Assembly: GCA_027460535.1 (NCBI GenBank)
Contig: JAPZAR010000036.1
Coordinates: 1-32,000 of the forward strand
DNA from: Candidatus Methanoperedens sp.
GTDB taxonomy: Archaea > Halobacteriota > Methanosarcinia > Methanosarcinales > Methanoperedenaceae
Reading direction: 5' to 3'
Length of the DNA: 32,000 nucleotides
This document shows positions 1-7,640 of this stretch, piece by piece. Position 1 is the first letter of the stretch. Each line of letters starts with the position of its first letter. Position numbers and translations under genes: made by a program. The notes beneath the pieces were generated by a model that had not been told where the DNA came from, did no database searches, and saw only the letters and a list, made by a program, of their open reading frames with translations.

Positions 1-165
1 ATCAAAATTAGCTTCAGCGCCGCAGCTTCGCTGCGGTGGTAATGTGCATACAGTGGATAAAATATATTAGCTAGCGGCATCATATTGGAATATGCCCAAG
101 TAAGGTTAGAAGGTGGGCATTAACATGGCTGTTGGTAATTATGTGAGGATACAATATCTAGGGAT

Positions 166-202
166 AAAAAAGCCTAAAACATCGTGTATTTGAGGCTTTT
201 TT
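166..202 (-). terminator. Hairpin ending in a U-run downstream of the 236..3946 gene
   Basis: Perfect 10-bp inverted repeat aaaaaagcct (166-175) / aggctttttt (193-202) with a 17-nt loop, about 34 nt past the stop codon. Read on the minus strand, the 3' arm ends in T6. Function is inferred. Confidence 0.45.
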
Positions 203-235
203 AATATGTTTATTAGGGACAAGGAAGTGCCGTCA

Positions 236-3200
236 TTAGACTTTTGTTACTGAACCACTAATATTTCCTGTCGGCTTCTTAACGAGTTCAATATCCTGCA
301 CCACTACGGCACTCAATTCAGTCGAAACCGAAATCGAACTATTTGGATAATATCTGATATCGTACGTCGCAGTAATGGGGTATGTTCCAGAAGCAACTTC
401 CAGCGAATAGAATCCAGATGCATTACTCGTTGCTGAAGCCCCGTTGGTTGATATTGCCACTCCTGCGAGTACGTTTTTGTTAATGCTGTCCATAACTGTA
501 CCGTTTATGAACCTTATCGCCGGGAGTATTGTGGTAGCTGTATGCGTCTTCATGGTAGCATTAATATTTCCATTTGTATCAACGGTTCTTGTGCCGATTG
601 TATAGGTCCCTGGAGCTAAACCAGTAGCGTTGTAATACTGCACACCTTTATTGACATCGTTCTTATAGACGCCATCCAGATAGATCATTACTTTAGACAT
701 TTGTTCATCTGATGAATCATTCCAGGTCCAGTTGATGTAAGTGGAGGCATACGTTATGTTTTTCAAGTTCGTGACGCTGTCAGGTGGTGTGGAATCCACG
801 GAAAAATCAATACGAATAGAATTCCAGTTGCCTGCCATATCCCTGGCATATACTATCAGATTGTTCGATCCTTCGGTGGAAGTAATCGTGGTATTGGGAA
901 CAAAAGTAATATTGGGAGCGCCGTTTAAGCTATAGCGCCAGATTGATATTGCTTCGCTGGCTGAAACATTCAAAGGTATATCTGTAAGCGTATAAGTCGT
1001 GTTCTGCGGAGATTCCACCATTATGATAGGCGGTATAGTATCAGGCACTGCAAGGGGAAGATAATCGATATTCAGGGAATTTATAGTATATTTTAAATCG
1101 CAAATCCCATCCCTATCTGCATCCATGCATGTCTGGCTGAAGCCTGTGCCGGCTGGGTTTGCCCAGAAGTTGCCGCCGAGGTAGGAGCCGTTGAGGATGT
1201 TGGGGCTGGATTGCAGGGTGGTGTTCCAGGTGTTAATGTTTGGTATAGCGAAAAAAAAGTTGTTAATATTGTTGAAAATGTTGTCGTATATCTTATTGTA
1301 GCTGGATAGAATCAAAGAGATGCCGTAGTAGTTGTTTGATGCATTGTTGCTGATCAGTGTGTTGTTGTCTGAATGGGTAAGATCGATGCCATAAAGGGTG
1401 TTTTTCGATGCATTGTTGCCGCTGAGCGTATTGTTGCTGGCCGATTCAAGGTCTATTCCAATATTGCTGTTCAAGCTTGCTATGTTGTTGGTTAAGGCGT
1501 TGTTGCTGGCCAAGTACAGAGAGATTCCAATAGAGTTTGAGCTTACGGTGTCGTTGATTACTCTTCCATCTCCTGCATTTTTGTAGTAAATGCCATTATA
1601 CCAATCTTTTACGTTCAAATTCTTTACAGTTACCTTTGTTAGGGCTATTGATGAATTATAAACATAAACGCCATAAGTGTTCGTTGTATCCGTGCCGCCA
1701 ATTGTGTAGCCGGCGCCATCAAATATTACATCGCTTGTGGTTATCTTGATACAATTGGAAAGTGAACTGTTGATAATGTTAGCAGTAAGCACATATTTCC
1801 CTGCAGCGGTAATATTCTGGCATGAGCTTATTTCCATTGATGGGGTAAAATCAGTAAGGGGAAAATAATCAATATTCTTGGAATTTAGAGTATAATTTGT
1901 ATCGCAAATCCCATCTCCATCATCATCCATGCATGTCTGGCTAAAACCTGTGCCGTTGGGAGACGCCCAGAAATTGCCGCCGAGATAATGGCCGCTTACC
2001 ATGTTCATTCCCCGAGTTTTTGAAGTGTTCCACTGGTTGCTGTAGATTGTGCCTGTGAAATAAGAGTTGTTGGTATTGTTGAAGTAGTTGTTGTAGATAG
2101 TATTGTTGCTAGTCGTGTTCAGGACGATTCCATAATAACTGTTCGAATTTGCGGTGTTGTTGGTTAAGATGTTGTTGCTGGCCGTGTTCAGGTAGATTCC
2201 ATAATCGGTATTCGAATTTGCAGTATTGTTGGTTAAGATGTTGTTGTTGCTGGCCGATTCAAGGTCTATTCCATTATTGCTGTTCAAGCATGCGGTGTTG
2301 TTGGTTAAGGTGTTGTCGCTGGCCGAGTACAGGGAGATTCCATAATCGGTGTTCGAATTTGCGGTGTTTTTGGCTAAGATGTTGTTGCTGGACACTACCA
2401 TATAGATTCCATAACTGTTCGAGCTTGCTGTGTTGTTGGCTAAGGTGTTGTTGCTGGACGATTGCAGCCTAATTCCAACAAAGTTCGAGCTTGCTGTGTT
2501 GTTGGTTAAGGTGTTGTTGTTGCTGGCCGAATACAGATTGATACCGACACCCGCGTTCGAGCTTGCGGTGTTGTTGATTATTCTTCCATTTCCTGCATTT
2601 CTATAGTAAATGCCATTATACCAATCTTTTACGATCAAATTCTTTATGATTACTTTTGTCAGGGCCATTGATGAATTATAAACATAAACGCCGTAGGTGT
2701 TCGTTATATCCTTACCATCAATTGTGTAGCCAGCGCCATCAAATAATACATCGCTTGAGGTTATATTGATACAACTGGAATAGGGGCTGTTAGTGATGTT
2801 AGCAGTTAGCACATATTTCCCTGCAGCGGTAATATTCTGGCATGAGCTTATTTCCGTTGATGGGGTAGAATCAGCAAGGGAAAGATAATCGATATTCAGG
2901 GAATTTAGACTATAATTTGTATCGCAAATCCCATCTCCATCATCATCGATGCATGTCTGGCTAAAACCTGTTCCGCCTGGGTTTGCCCAGAAGTTGCCGC
3001 CGAGGTAGAAGCCCCCGATGATATTGGGGCTGGATTGGAAGGTGGTATTCCAGGTGTTTGAGCCTATAATTTGATAATTGTTATAGTTGTTGAATATATT
3101 GTTGTAGATCGTGTTGTTGCTGGAAGACAACATAATGATGCCGTTAGCGTTCGAGTTGGCATTATTGCTGATGAGCGTATTGTTGCTGGACGATTGTAGT

Positions 3201-3946
3201 TCTATTCCAAAATAGTTCCCGCTTGCTGTGTTGTAGGTTAAGGTGTTGTTGTTGCTGGATTCGGATAGGTGGATTCCTAAATTGCCGCTCCCGCTTGCTG
3301 TGTTGTAGGTTAAAGTGTTGTTGCTGGAATCGGACAGGTGGATTCCTAAATTGCCATTCGCGCTTGCTGTGTTATAGGTTAAAGTGTTGTTGTTGGACGA
3401 TTGTAGTTCTATTCCATGGCTGTTCCCGCTTGCTGTGTTATAGGTTAAAGTGTTGTTGTTGGACGATTGCAGTTCTATTCCATGGCTGTTCCCGCTTGCT
3501 GTGTTGTTGATTACTCTTCCATTTCCTGCATTTCCATAGTAAATGCCATAAAACCAAATTTTTACGAATAAATTCTTTACGGTTACATTTGTAAGGGCGG
3601 TTGATGAATTATAAACATAAACGCCGTAAGTGTTCGTCGTAGCCTTACCATCAATTGTGTGGCCAGCACCATCAAATATTACATCGTTTGAGGTTATATT
3701 GATACAACTGGAAAGTGACATTTCGATGATGTTAGCAGTAAGCACATATTCACCAGGAGAGGAGATCGTAGTGCAGGCACTTATTGGCGTCTCTGCCCCC
3801 GCCCCGCCAGCCAGCAATAATACCAGCATCGTTAGTCCAAAAGCTATTCTGAGGGCATGCCCTCTTTCAATGTGATCATCATATACCATATATTTCATCC
3901 GCCCATGAATTTGCCTATTATTATTACTATAATTATTCAATACCAA
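236..3946 (-). CDS. Giant secreted/surface protein: three tandem NosD-type right-handed beta-helix (PbH1) modules followed by Ig-like, FN3-like and CarboxypepD_reg-like domains
   Basis: Single 1236-codon ORF with an N-terminal hydrophobic signal/anchor (LRIAFGLTMLVLLLAGGAGA). Three ~300-aa modules each begin ISSC..IT..GKYVLTANI...CINITS.DV.FDGAG.TIDG. These continue as 20-24-aa Asn/Ser-rich rungs (NNTLT.NTAS.N..GI.L) and end in a cap YLGGNFWA.P.GTGFSQTC.D.D.DGICD...NIDY.PL. The C-terminus carries WTWNDSSD...GTYTIGTRTVDTNGN (FN3-like) and INGTVMD...GFYSLEVASGTYPITA (carboxypeptidase-regulatory-like). The ORF-track start is a TTG; the ATG at 3898 (MKYMVYDD...) is the more likely start. Confidence 0.85.
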   Translation of the reverse strand: MVLNNYSNNNRQIHGRMKYMVYDDHIERGHALRIAFGLTMLVLLLAGGAGAETPISACTTISSPGEYVLTANIIEMSLSSCINITSNDVIFDGAGHTIDGKATTNTYGVYVYNSSTALTNVTVKNLFVKIWFYGIYYGNAGNGRVINNTASGNSHGIELQSSNNNTLTYNTASGNSHGIELQSSNNNTLTYNTASANGNLGIHLSDSSNNTLTYNTASGSGNLGIHLSESSNNNTLTYNTASGNYFGIELQSSSNNTLISNNANSNANGIIMLSSSNNTIYNNIFNNYNNYQIIGSNTWNTTFQSSPNIIGGFYLGGNFWANPGGTGFSQTCIDDDGDGICDTNYSLNSLNIDYLSLADSTPSTEISSCQNITAAGKYVLTANITNSPYSSCINITSSDVLFDGAGYTIDGKDITNTYGVYVYNSSMALTKVIIKNLIVKDWYNGIYYRNAGNGRIINNTASSNAGVGINLYSASNNNTLTNNTASSNFVGIRLQSSSNNTLANNTASSNSYGIYMVVSSNNILAKNTANSNTDYGISLYSASDNTLTNNTACLNSNNGIDLESASNNNILTNNTANSNTDYGIYLNTASNNILTNNTANSNSYYGIVLNTTSNNTIYNNYFNNTNNSYFTGTIYSNQWNTSKTRGMNMVSGHYLGGNFWASPNGTGFSQTCMDDDGDGICDTNYTLNSKNIDYFPLTDFTPSMEISSCQNITAAGKYVLTANIINSSLSNCIKITTSDVIFDGAGYTIGGTDTTNTYGVYVYNSSIALTKVTVKNLNVKDWYNGIYYKNAGDGRVINDTVSSNSIGISLYLASNNALTNNIASLNSNIGIDLESASNNTLSGNNASKNTLYGIDLTHSDNNTLISNNASNNYYGISLILSSYNKIYDNIFNNINNFFFAIPNINTWNTTLQSSPNILNGSYLGGNFWANPAGTGFSQTCMDADRDGICDLKYTINSLNIDYLPLAVPDTIPPIIMVESPQNTTYTLTDIPLNVSASEAISIWRYSLNGAPNITFVPNTTITSTEGSNNLIVYARDMAGNWNSIRIDFSVDSTPPDSVTNLKNITYASTYINWTWNDSSDEQMSKVMIYLDGVYKNDVNKGVQYYNATGLAPGTYTIGTRTVDTNGNINATMKTHTATTILPAIRFINGTVMDSINKNVLAGVAISTNGASATSNASGFYSLEVASGTYPITATYDIRYYPNSSISVSTELSAVVVQDIELVKKPTGNISGSVTKV

Positions 3947-3951
3947 TTTGG

Positions 3952-3959
3952 TATTTAAA
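3952..3959 (-). promoter_or_regulatory. Candidate archaeal TATA box (tttaaata on the minus strand) for the giant surface-protein gene
   Basis: Plus-strand tatttaaa equals minus-strand tttaaata, matching the archaeal TTTAWATA consensus. It lies ~55 nt upstream of the ATG at 3898. Position-based inference only. Confidence 0.35.
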
Positions 3960-4184
3960 TCTTGGGATTTTATTATATCTTTTTATGTGAATAATAATTA
4001 TTCTAATTATTATGAGCAAGAACAAATTAATAAGAAAGAAATCCATATGAATCTTCACGAAAATGGATTAAAGATTGGCAGGAAAAAGATATTGTATCCA
4101 ATCATAACTATGTTGGTAAATTGAAATGACCTAAAAATTGAATATTATAAACGTTATATGCAACTCTTACGAGGTCGCTATCTC

Positions 4185-4299
4185 AAAACAATATCCAGAG
4201 GCAATATTCTATATTTTCGCCCACAAAAGTTATATGCACATTTTTCACGGACTTTACCAGAAAACAATATCTAGGGGTAATATCCTAAACTTTCACCCA
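4185..4299. repeat. 39-nt imperfect direct repeat (two copies, 76-nt period) in a gene-poor AT-rich gap
   Basis: aaaacaatatccagaggcaatattctatattttcgccca (4185-4223) versus aaaacaatatctaggggtaatatcctaaactttcaccca (4261-4299); 32 of 39 positions identical by hand alignment. Confidence 0.6.
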
Positions 4300-4939
4300 T
4301 GAGATAAGATACCTATTGGGGCAAAAATTATAAAGACTTTCAATCCCAACCTGAACCTTCTGATATTCGTCCAACATTTAGAAATTTTCCATAGATAGAT
4401 TTTTGTGCTGCACCCTGCGGGTCTGATGAAAGGCATCCTATGTTTTCGTTCTCGGTAAGTCTGAAAGGCCATTCTGTTACCCATCTTGATTCTAACATTT
4501 TAATTCCCCCAATTCACTTATTATTTTCATAACAGGACTGTTTTTGATGTCCTGAATGATAACCCGTTTTCCCCATTCTAATAATAATCATTGGTTTTCA
4601 TTGTATATTAGTTTTTCTGTGATAGTGGTATTATAGTCAACTCCTTTAATTGGGACAGTACATATTGAAGGAAAAACCCATGATAGGATGAATAGTATGC
4701 TTTGCAGTATAAAACCCGCCATAAACCATCTAATGCGTTAATCAAAAGATAAAAAAAGAAAGGATGCACTGCTTTTTTAATGCAGTGCGCTTGATCTGCT
4801 TTTTTTATTTCAAGGTTGATGTCTTTGAACTTTACAGTCATGCTTTTTACGTTGTCCAGGTCTTCGAGCTGTAATGAAACCTAAATGGAACTTTTGTTTC
4901 TTGTCCTATGCTGCTAAAAGTTTTTGTTTCCTTTACTTC

Positions 4940-5105
4940 GGAGAAAAACAACCCTCTATCTGTGAACTCTGTGTCCTCCGTGGTTCATTGCCATAACAAT
5001 TATACAGAATAGAAGTCACTGTTATTATGTAGGCAACATACCTGCAATATGGCTGAACGATCACTGGACGGCGCGCAGGGGACTGCCGCCACCGCCCGCG
5101 CTGAG
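4940..5105 (+). repeat. Modular intergenic repeat, copy A (segments L + diverged G)
   Basis: Shares gagaaaaacaac.ctct.tctgtgaactctgtgtcctccgtggtt.attgccataacaatt...gtcact.ttattat...gcaatatggctg...cactgga.ggcgcgc.ggg.actg.cgccaccgc with copy B (6044 onward). Ends 154 nt upstream of the 5259 gene. Confidence 0.6.
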
Positions 5106-5258
5106 GACGTCCGCAGGCGGATTTCGGGCTATTACCGAACCCTAAGGGTGAGTAGGGGCGGGGTCAAAATTAGACCTCCGAGAGAGTCTTTCTTCGCATT
5201 GTCATTGAGGAATTTATAAATACTTATAGTTTTAATAACTTTTATAAGTGACTATAAT

Positions 5259-5450
5259 ATGAACGAGATAACTACTATCCCAATAACAAAAAAAGTAAGA
5301 GATATGCTAAAATCATACGGATTAAAGGGTGAGACCTATGATAACATCCTGCGCCGCACGATGAAGCAGGTAGATCATGACGAGTTCATGGAACGGCAGT
5401 ACAAACTCCTTCAGGAAAAAGATAAATTAGTCTCTCTGGATGAAATTTGA
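5259..5450 (+). CDS. Small ribbon-helix-helix-type antitoxin-like protein (RelB/CopG-like partner of the RelE remnant)
   Basis: 63-aa ORF, MNEITTIPITKKVRDMLKSYGLKGETYDNILRRTM..., the typical N-terminal beta-strand/helix pattern of archaeal RHH antitoxins. Its stop overlaps (TGATG) the start of a RelE-like remnant. A TATA-like tttataaata lies ~40 nt upstream. Confidence 0.55.
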   Translation: MNEITTIPITKKVRDMLKSYGLKGETYDNILRRTMKQVDHDEFMERQYKLLQEKDKLVSLDEI

Positions 5451-5518
5451 TGGGTTTTGATGTCAGGCTTCATCCGAATGCTGTGAGGTTCCTGAGAAAG
5501 AGTAAAATCAGCGCTTAG
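5450..5518 (+). pseudogene. relE: Truncated RelE-family toxin remnant (22 codons)
   Basis: MGFDVRLHPNAVRFLRKSKISA* resembles the N-terminus of archaeal RelE (pattern Y.V.IHK.V.K.L..LPK). The rest of the ~90-aa toxin is absent. The remnant ends 6 nt from the converging hicA 3' end. Confidence 0.5.
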
Positions 5519-5523
5519 GCCAT

Positions 5524-5745
5524 TATAATAACTTTTCAAATTCCTCCACAGAAAGCCCGGCAGCTTTAATTAAACCTCTCCAACAGACCAGGTTTTAATT
5601 CCTTATGTTTCGGAACTGATAATGTAACTTTAGAACCTTCTTTTCTCAAAACAACATGGCTCCCTACCTGTCTGTGAGGAATCCAACCAGCCCTGGAAAA
5701 TGCTTTTATAGCTTCCATTCCTGAAATTATTGGAAGTTTGGGCAT
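5524..5745 (-). pseudogene. hicA: HicA-family mRNA-interferase toxin carrying a 1-nt frameshift near the C-terminus
   Basis: The minus-strand ATG at 5745 gives MPKLPIISGMEAIKAFSRAGWIPHRQVGSHVVLRKEGSKVTLSVPKHKELKPGLLERFN* (stop at 5566). The conserved HicA tail RGLIKAAGLSVEEFEKLL* is encoded in another frame down to 5524. One extra G in ctgttGgagagg (about 5578-5583) explains the shift. The ATG overlaps the hicB stop (TGATG). Confidence 0.75.
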
Positions 5746-5963
5746 CAGGCAACCACGTCAATTACCTGGGTTGAGGGTTTGGTCAAATAAGACTTGATCT
5801 CGTCTTCAGCGAGAGACTCAAGGCATGCCTGTATAGCTTCTTTGATGTTTTCCAGGGCCTCCTCAATTGTATCCCCCTGAGAAAAACAGCCTGGAAGGCT
5901 CAGGCAGCTGATTACATAGCCTCCGACTTCTTCATCTTTTTCTACGACGACTTTAAAATGCAT
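5745..5963 (-). CDS. hicB: HicB-family antitoxin (UPF0150-type N-terminal domain)
   Basis: MHFKVVVEKDEEVGGYVISCLSLPGCFSQGDTIEEALENIKEAIQACLESL is the classic HicB N-domain pattern. It is translationally coupled to hicA. Confidence 0.8.
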   Translation of the reverse strand: MHFKVVVEKDEEVGGYVISCLSLPGCFSQGDTIEEALENIKEAIQACLESLAEDEIKSYLTKPSTQVIDVVA

Positions 5964-5984
5964 ATGATTCCTTATTAACGTCTG

Positions 5985-5992
5985 TATTTAAA
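5985..5992 (-). promoter_or_regulatory. Candidate TATA box for hicBA, spaced for a near-leaderless transcript
   Basis: Minus-strand tttaaata is centred ~25 nt upstream of the hicB ATG (5963) and flanked by direct attccttat repeats (5967-5975 and 5992-6000). Inference from spacing. Confidence 0.35.
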
Positions 5993-6043
5993 TTCCTTAT
6001 GAACCGGAATATTGCAAAAACCACAGAGATCGCAGATGACACA

Positions 6044-6322
6044 GAGAAAAAACAACTCTCTCTGTGAACTCTGTGTCCTCCGTGGTTGATTGCCATAACA
6101 ATTTTATCCAGAATGAATTAAAAAGTCACTTTTATTATATAAGCAACTTGCAATATGGCTGCCCGGGCACTGGAGGGCGCGCTGGGACTGTCGCCACCGC
6201 GGGCGCTTTGCCCGCACCCCTCGGTATGCTCAGGGCGGCGCAGGGCTTGGAGCAGATACAATAATTGACAGTCAGTATTGGGAGATGGGTTAGGAGAATA
6301 GAAATTCCTGCAGGATTACTTA
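6044..6322 (+). repeat. Modular intergenic repeat, copy B (full L+G+R)
   Basis: The L segment matches copy A. The GC-rich G segment (cactggagggcgcgctgggactgtcgcc...gcccgcaccc...gctcagggcggcgca) and the R segment (gggcttggagcagatacaataattgac...ggagatgg...gagaata.aaa..ctgcaggattactt) match copy D. Ends 180 nt upstream of vapB. Confidence 0.7.
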
Positions 6323-6475
6323 CATGAGAAAGATGCTTCCTGAGGTCTGGTTGGGTTTAGCTTTTAAGATGTTTGGATGGTGAATTTCACGAAAACTGTA
6401 CAAAAGATAAAAAAAATTACGAAGAGGAAATTATTTCAGGAAAAGATACGCCGGTCTGGATATGATAATCTTTAT

Positions 6476-6497
6476 ATCTGTGTATGCATACACAGAT
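6476..6497. promoter_or_regulatory. 22-bp perfect palindrome immediately upstream of vapB (candidate VapB operator)
   Basis: atctgtgtatg|catacacagat is a perfect inverted repeat. It overlaps a TATA-like tttatat (6471-6477) and ends 4 nt before the vapB ATG at 6502. Confidence 0.6.
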
Positions 6498-6501
6498 TAT
6501 T

Positions 6502-6723
6502 ATGGCAACAAAGACAATATCGATAAGAGAAGATGTATACGATATCCTCGCCCGCTTAAAAAGAGAGAATGAAAGCTTCAGTGATGTGATTTGGAAGCTG
6601 ACAAAGAAACGAAAACCAAATATGAGAGATTATTTCGGAAGCTTGAAGGATAGTAAAGCTATAATCGAAATAAAAGAAGACTGTAAGAAAATAAGAGAGT
6701 CTGCGAAGCTGCGAACTTTATGA
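6502..6723 (+). CDS. vapB: VapB-type antitoxin (archaeal UPF0330/COG1753-like)
   Basis: MATKTISIREDVYDILARLKRENESFSDVIWKLTKK matches the archaeal putative-antitoxin pattern (TI.I.E..Y..L...K...ESFSDVI..L). The stop overlaps the vapC start (ATGA). The ORF-track ATG at 6484 sits at the centre of the palindrome, so 6502 is preferred. Confidence 0.7.
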   Translation: MATKTISIREDVYDILARLKRENESFSDVIWKLTKKRKPNMRDYFGSLKDSKAIIEIKEDCKKIRESAKLRTL

Positions 6724-7145
6724 TAGTTCTTGATACAGCCTTTCTCATTGATTTTTTCATGGGCAAAAAAGAGACACTGGGAGCTTTTGAAATTACAAAA
6801 ATTGATGATCTTGATATTACTCTTGATTTTGATTCAGATGTTGCAACCACGGTTGTAACATTTCACGAAATAATGTCAGGTGTAAAACATAAAAAAGTTA
6901 AAAAAGAGGAGAGATTTTTCAGACGATTTTTTTCTGAAACACCGGTATTAGATTTTGATTTTAAAGCCGCAGAAAAATCAAGCGAAATAATGGCAAATCT
7001 CTTAACGATTGGAAAACCTGTTAACGCTCTTGATGTGCTTATTGCGGGCATTGCAGTAACGAATGGAGCAGACAAGATCGCCTCGACAGATAAGAGATTC
7101 GAGGATATCTCAAAAGTAACGGGGTTGGAGATTTTAAAACCCTGA
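6720..7145 (+). CDS. vapC: PIN-domain ribonuclease toxin VapC
   Basis: 141 aa. MIVLDTAFLIDFF supplies the first acidic residue, TVVTFHEIMSG the Glu, and DVLIAGIAVTNGADKIASTDKRFEDI the distal Asp residues, in a typical PIN arrangement. 4-nt overlap with vapB. Confidence 0.85.
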   Translation: MIVLDTAFLIDFFMGKKETLGAFEITKIDDLDITLDFDSDVATTVVTFHEIMSGVKHKKVKKEERFFRRFFSETPVLDFDFKAAEKSSEIMANLLTIGKPVNALDVLIAGIAVTNGADKIASTDKRFEDISKVTGLEILKP

Positions 7146-7177
7146 AAGCAAAAAAGAGGGTGCAAAAGAAATGTGCT

Positions 7178-7265
7178 TCCGAGCAGAGCACATGGACTGT
7201 CGCCCAACCGCCCGCAGGCGCCTTTGCCCGCACCCGGCGTGCTCTGGGCGGCGCACCGATTTGAC
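7178..7265 (+). repeat. Modular intergenic repeat, copy C (G segment only)
   Basis: ccgagcagagcacatggactgtcgcccaaccgcccgcaggcgcctttgcccgcacccggcgtgctctgggcggcgcaccgatttgac. Positions 7194-7244 are identical to 7681-7731 of copy D (51-nt perfect run). Begins 33 nt after the vapC stop. Confidence 0.75.
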
Positions 7266-7339
7266 AGGATAACAGGATTAACAAGATAATTTTTTATAAA
7301 TCCTGCAAATCCCTTAAATCTTATCTAATATTTATAAAT

Positions 7340-7640
7340 TAAATTGAATTAATTTGCGGCGCTTCAGCGAAAGCCGAAAATAGAAACACGGATTTCACGG
7401 ATTAAACATATTCATGAAAATCCGTCCAATTCGTGGTAAATACATCTTTGAAAATATAAAACCGCAGATGAACGCGGATGAACGCAGATTTGCTGCATCG
7501 TATCTGAAGCATCGCGCCAATAATTTAATATTAAAAAAGTGATATATTTGTGGCGCTTTTCACCACAAAGTTCGCAAAGAACGCAAAGCTGCGGCGCATT
7601 TTAATAACATATTAATGCGTCGATGAGCAGCTTCATGTTA
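7340..7640. repeat. Gene-free stretch packed with short tandem words and hairpins
   Basis: Imperfect inverted repeat 7387-7403/7419-7436 (14 of 17 positions pair). Tandem gcagatgaac/gcggatgaac/gcagat at 7464-7489. Hairpin tttgtgg-9nt-ccacaaa at 7547-7569. Tandem cgcaaag at 7573-7579 and 7582-7588. The word ctgcggcgc (7589-7597) recurs as its reverse complement at 17-25, at the window start. Confidence 0.4.

Noticed and set aside
2149-3510. Cys/Trp/Arg-rich plus-strand ORFs (2149-2472, 3223-3510; likewise 29765-30196 and 29940-30341), with striking CCCW/WLRCC periodicity
   Set aside because: They are the antisense reading of the Asn/Ser/Thr-rich rung repeats (AAC/AAT/AGC codons read backwards as GTT/TTG/TGT/GCT). 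Their periodicity simply mirrors the sense-strand repeat. They lie wholly inside much longer, motif-supported minus-strand genes.
4293-4841. ORFs 4293-4484 (-) and 4608-4841 (-) as real genes or recombinase remnants (LQLEDLDNVKS...)
   Set aside because: No convincing family motifs, odd composition, and frames interrupted by stops just upstream. At most gene debris, so not annotated as CDS.
5222-5249. 7-bp inverted repeat acttata...tataagt between the TATA-like element and the start of the 5259 antitoxin gene (possible operator)
   Set aside because: It is short and made only of A/T-rich sequence in an AT-rich region, so it could easily arise by chance. It is much weaker than the 22-bp palindrome at vapB.
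6064-7284. ORFs 6064-6264 (+), 6863-7207 (-) and 7039-7284 (-), encoding Ala/Gly/Pro/Arg-rich peptides
   Set aside because: They run through the GC-rich G segments of repeat copies B and C or antisense to vapC. GC-rich sequence in an AT-rich genome stays open by chance. No motifs, and they overlap better-supported features.
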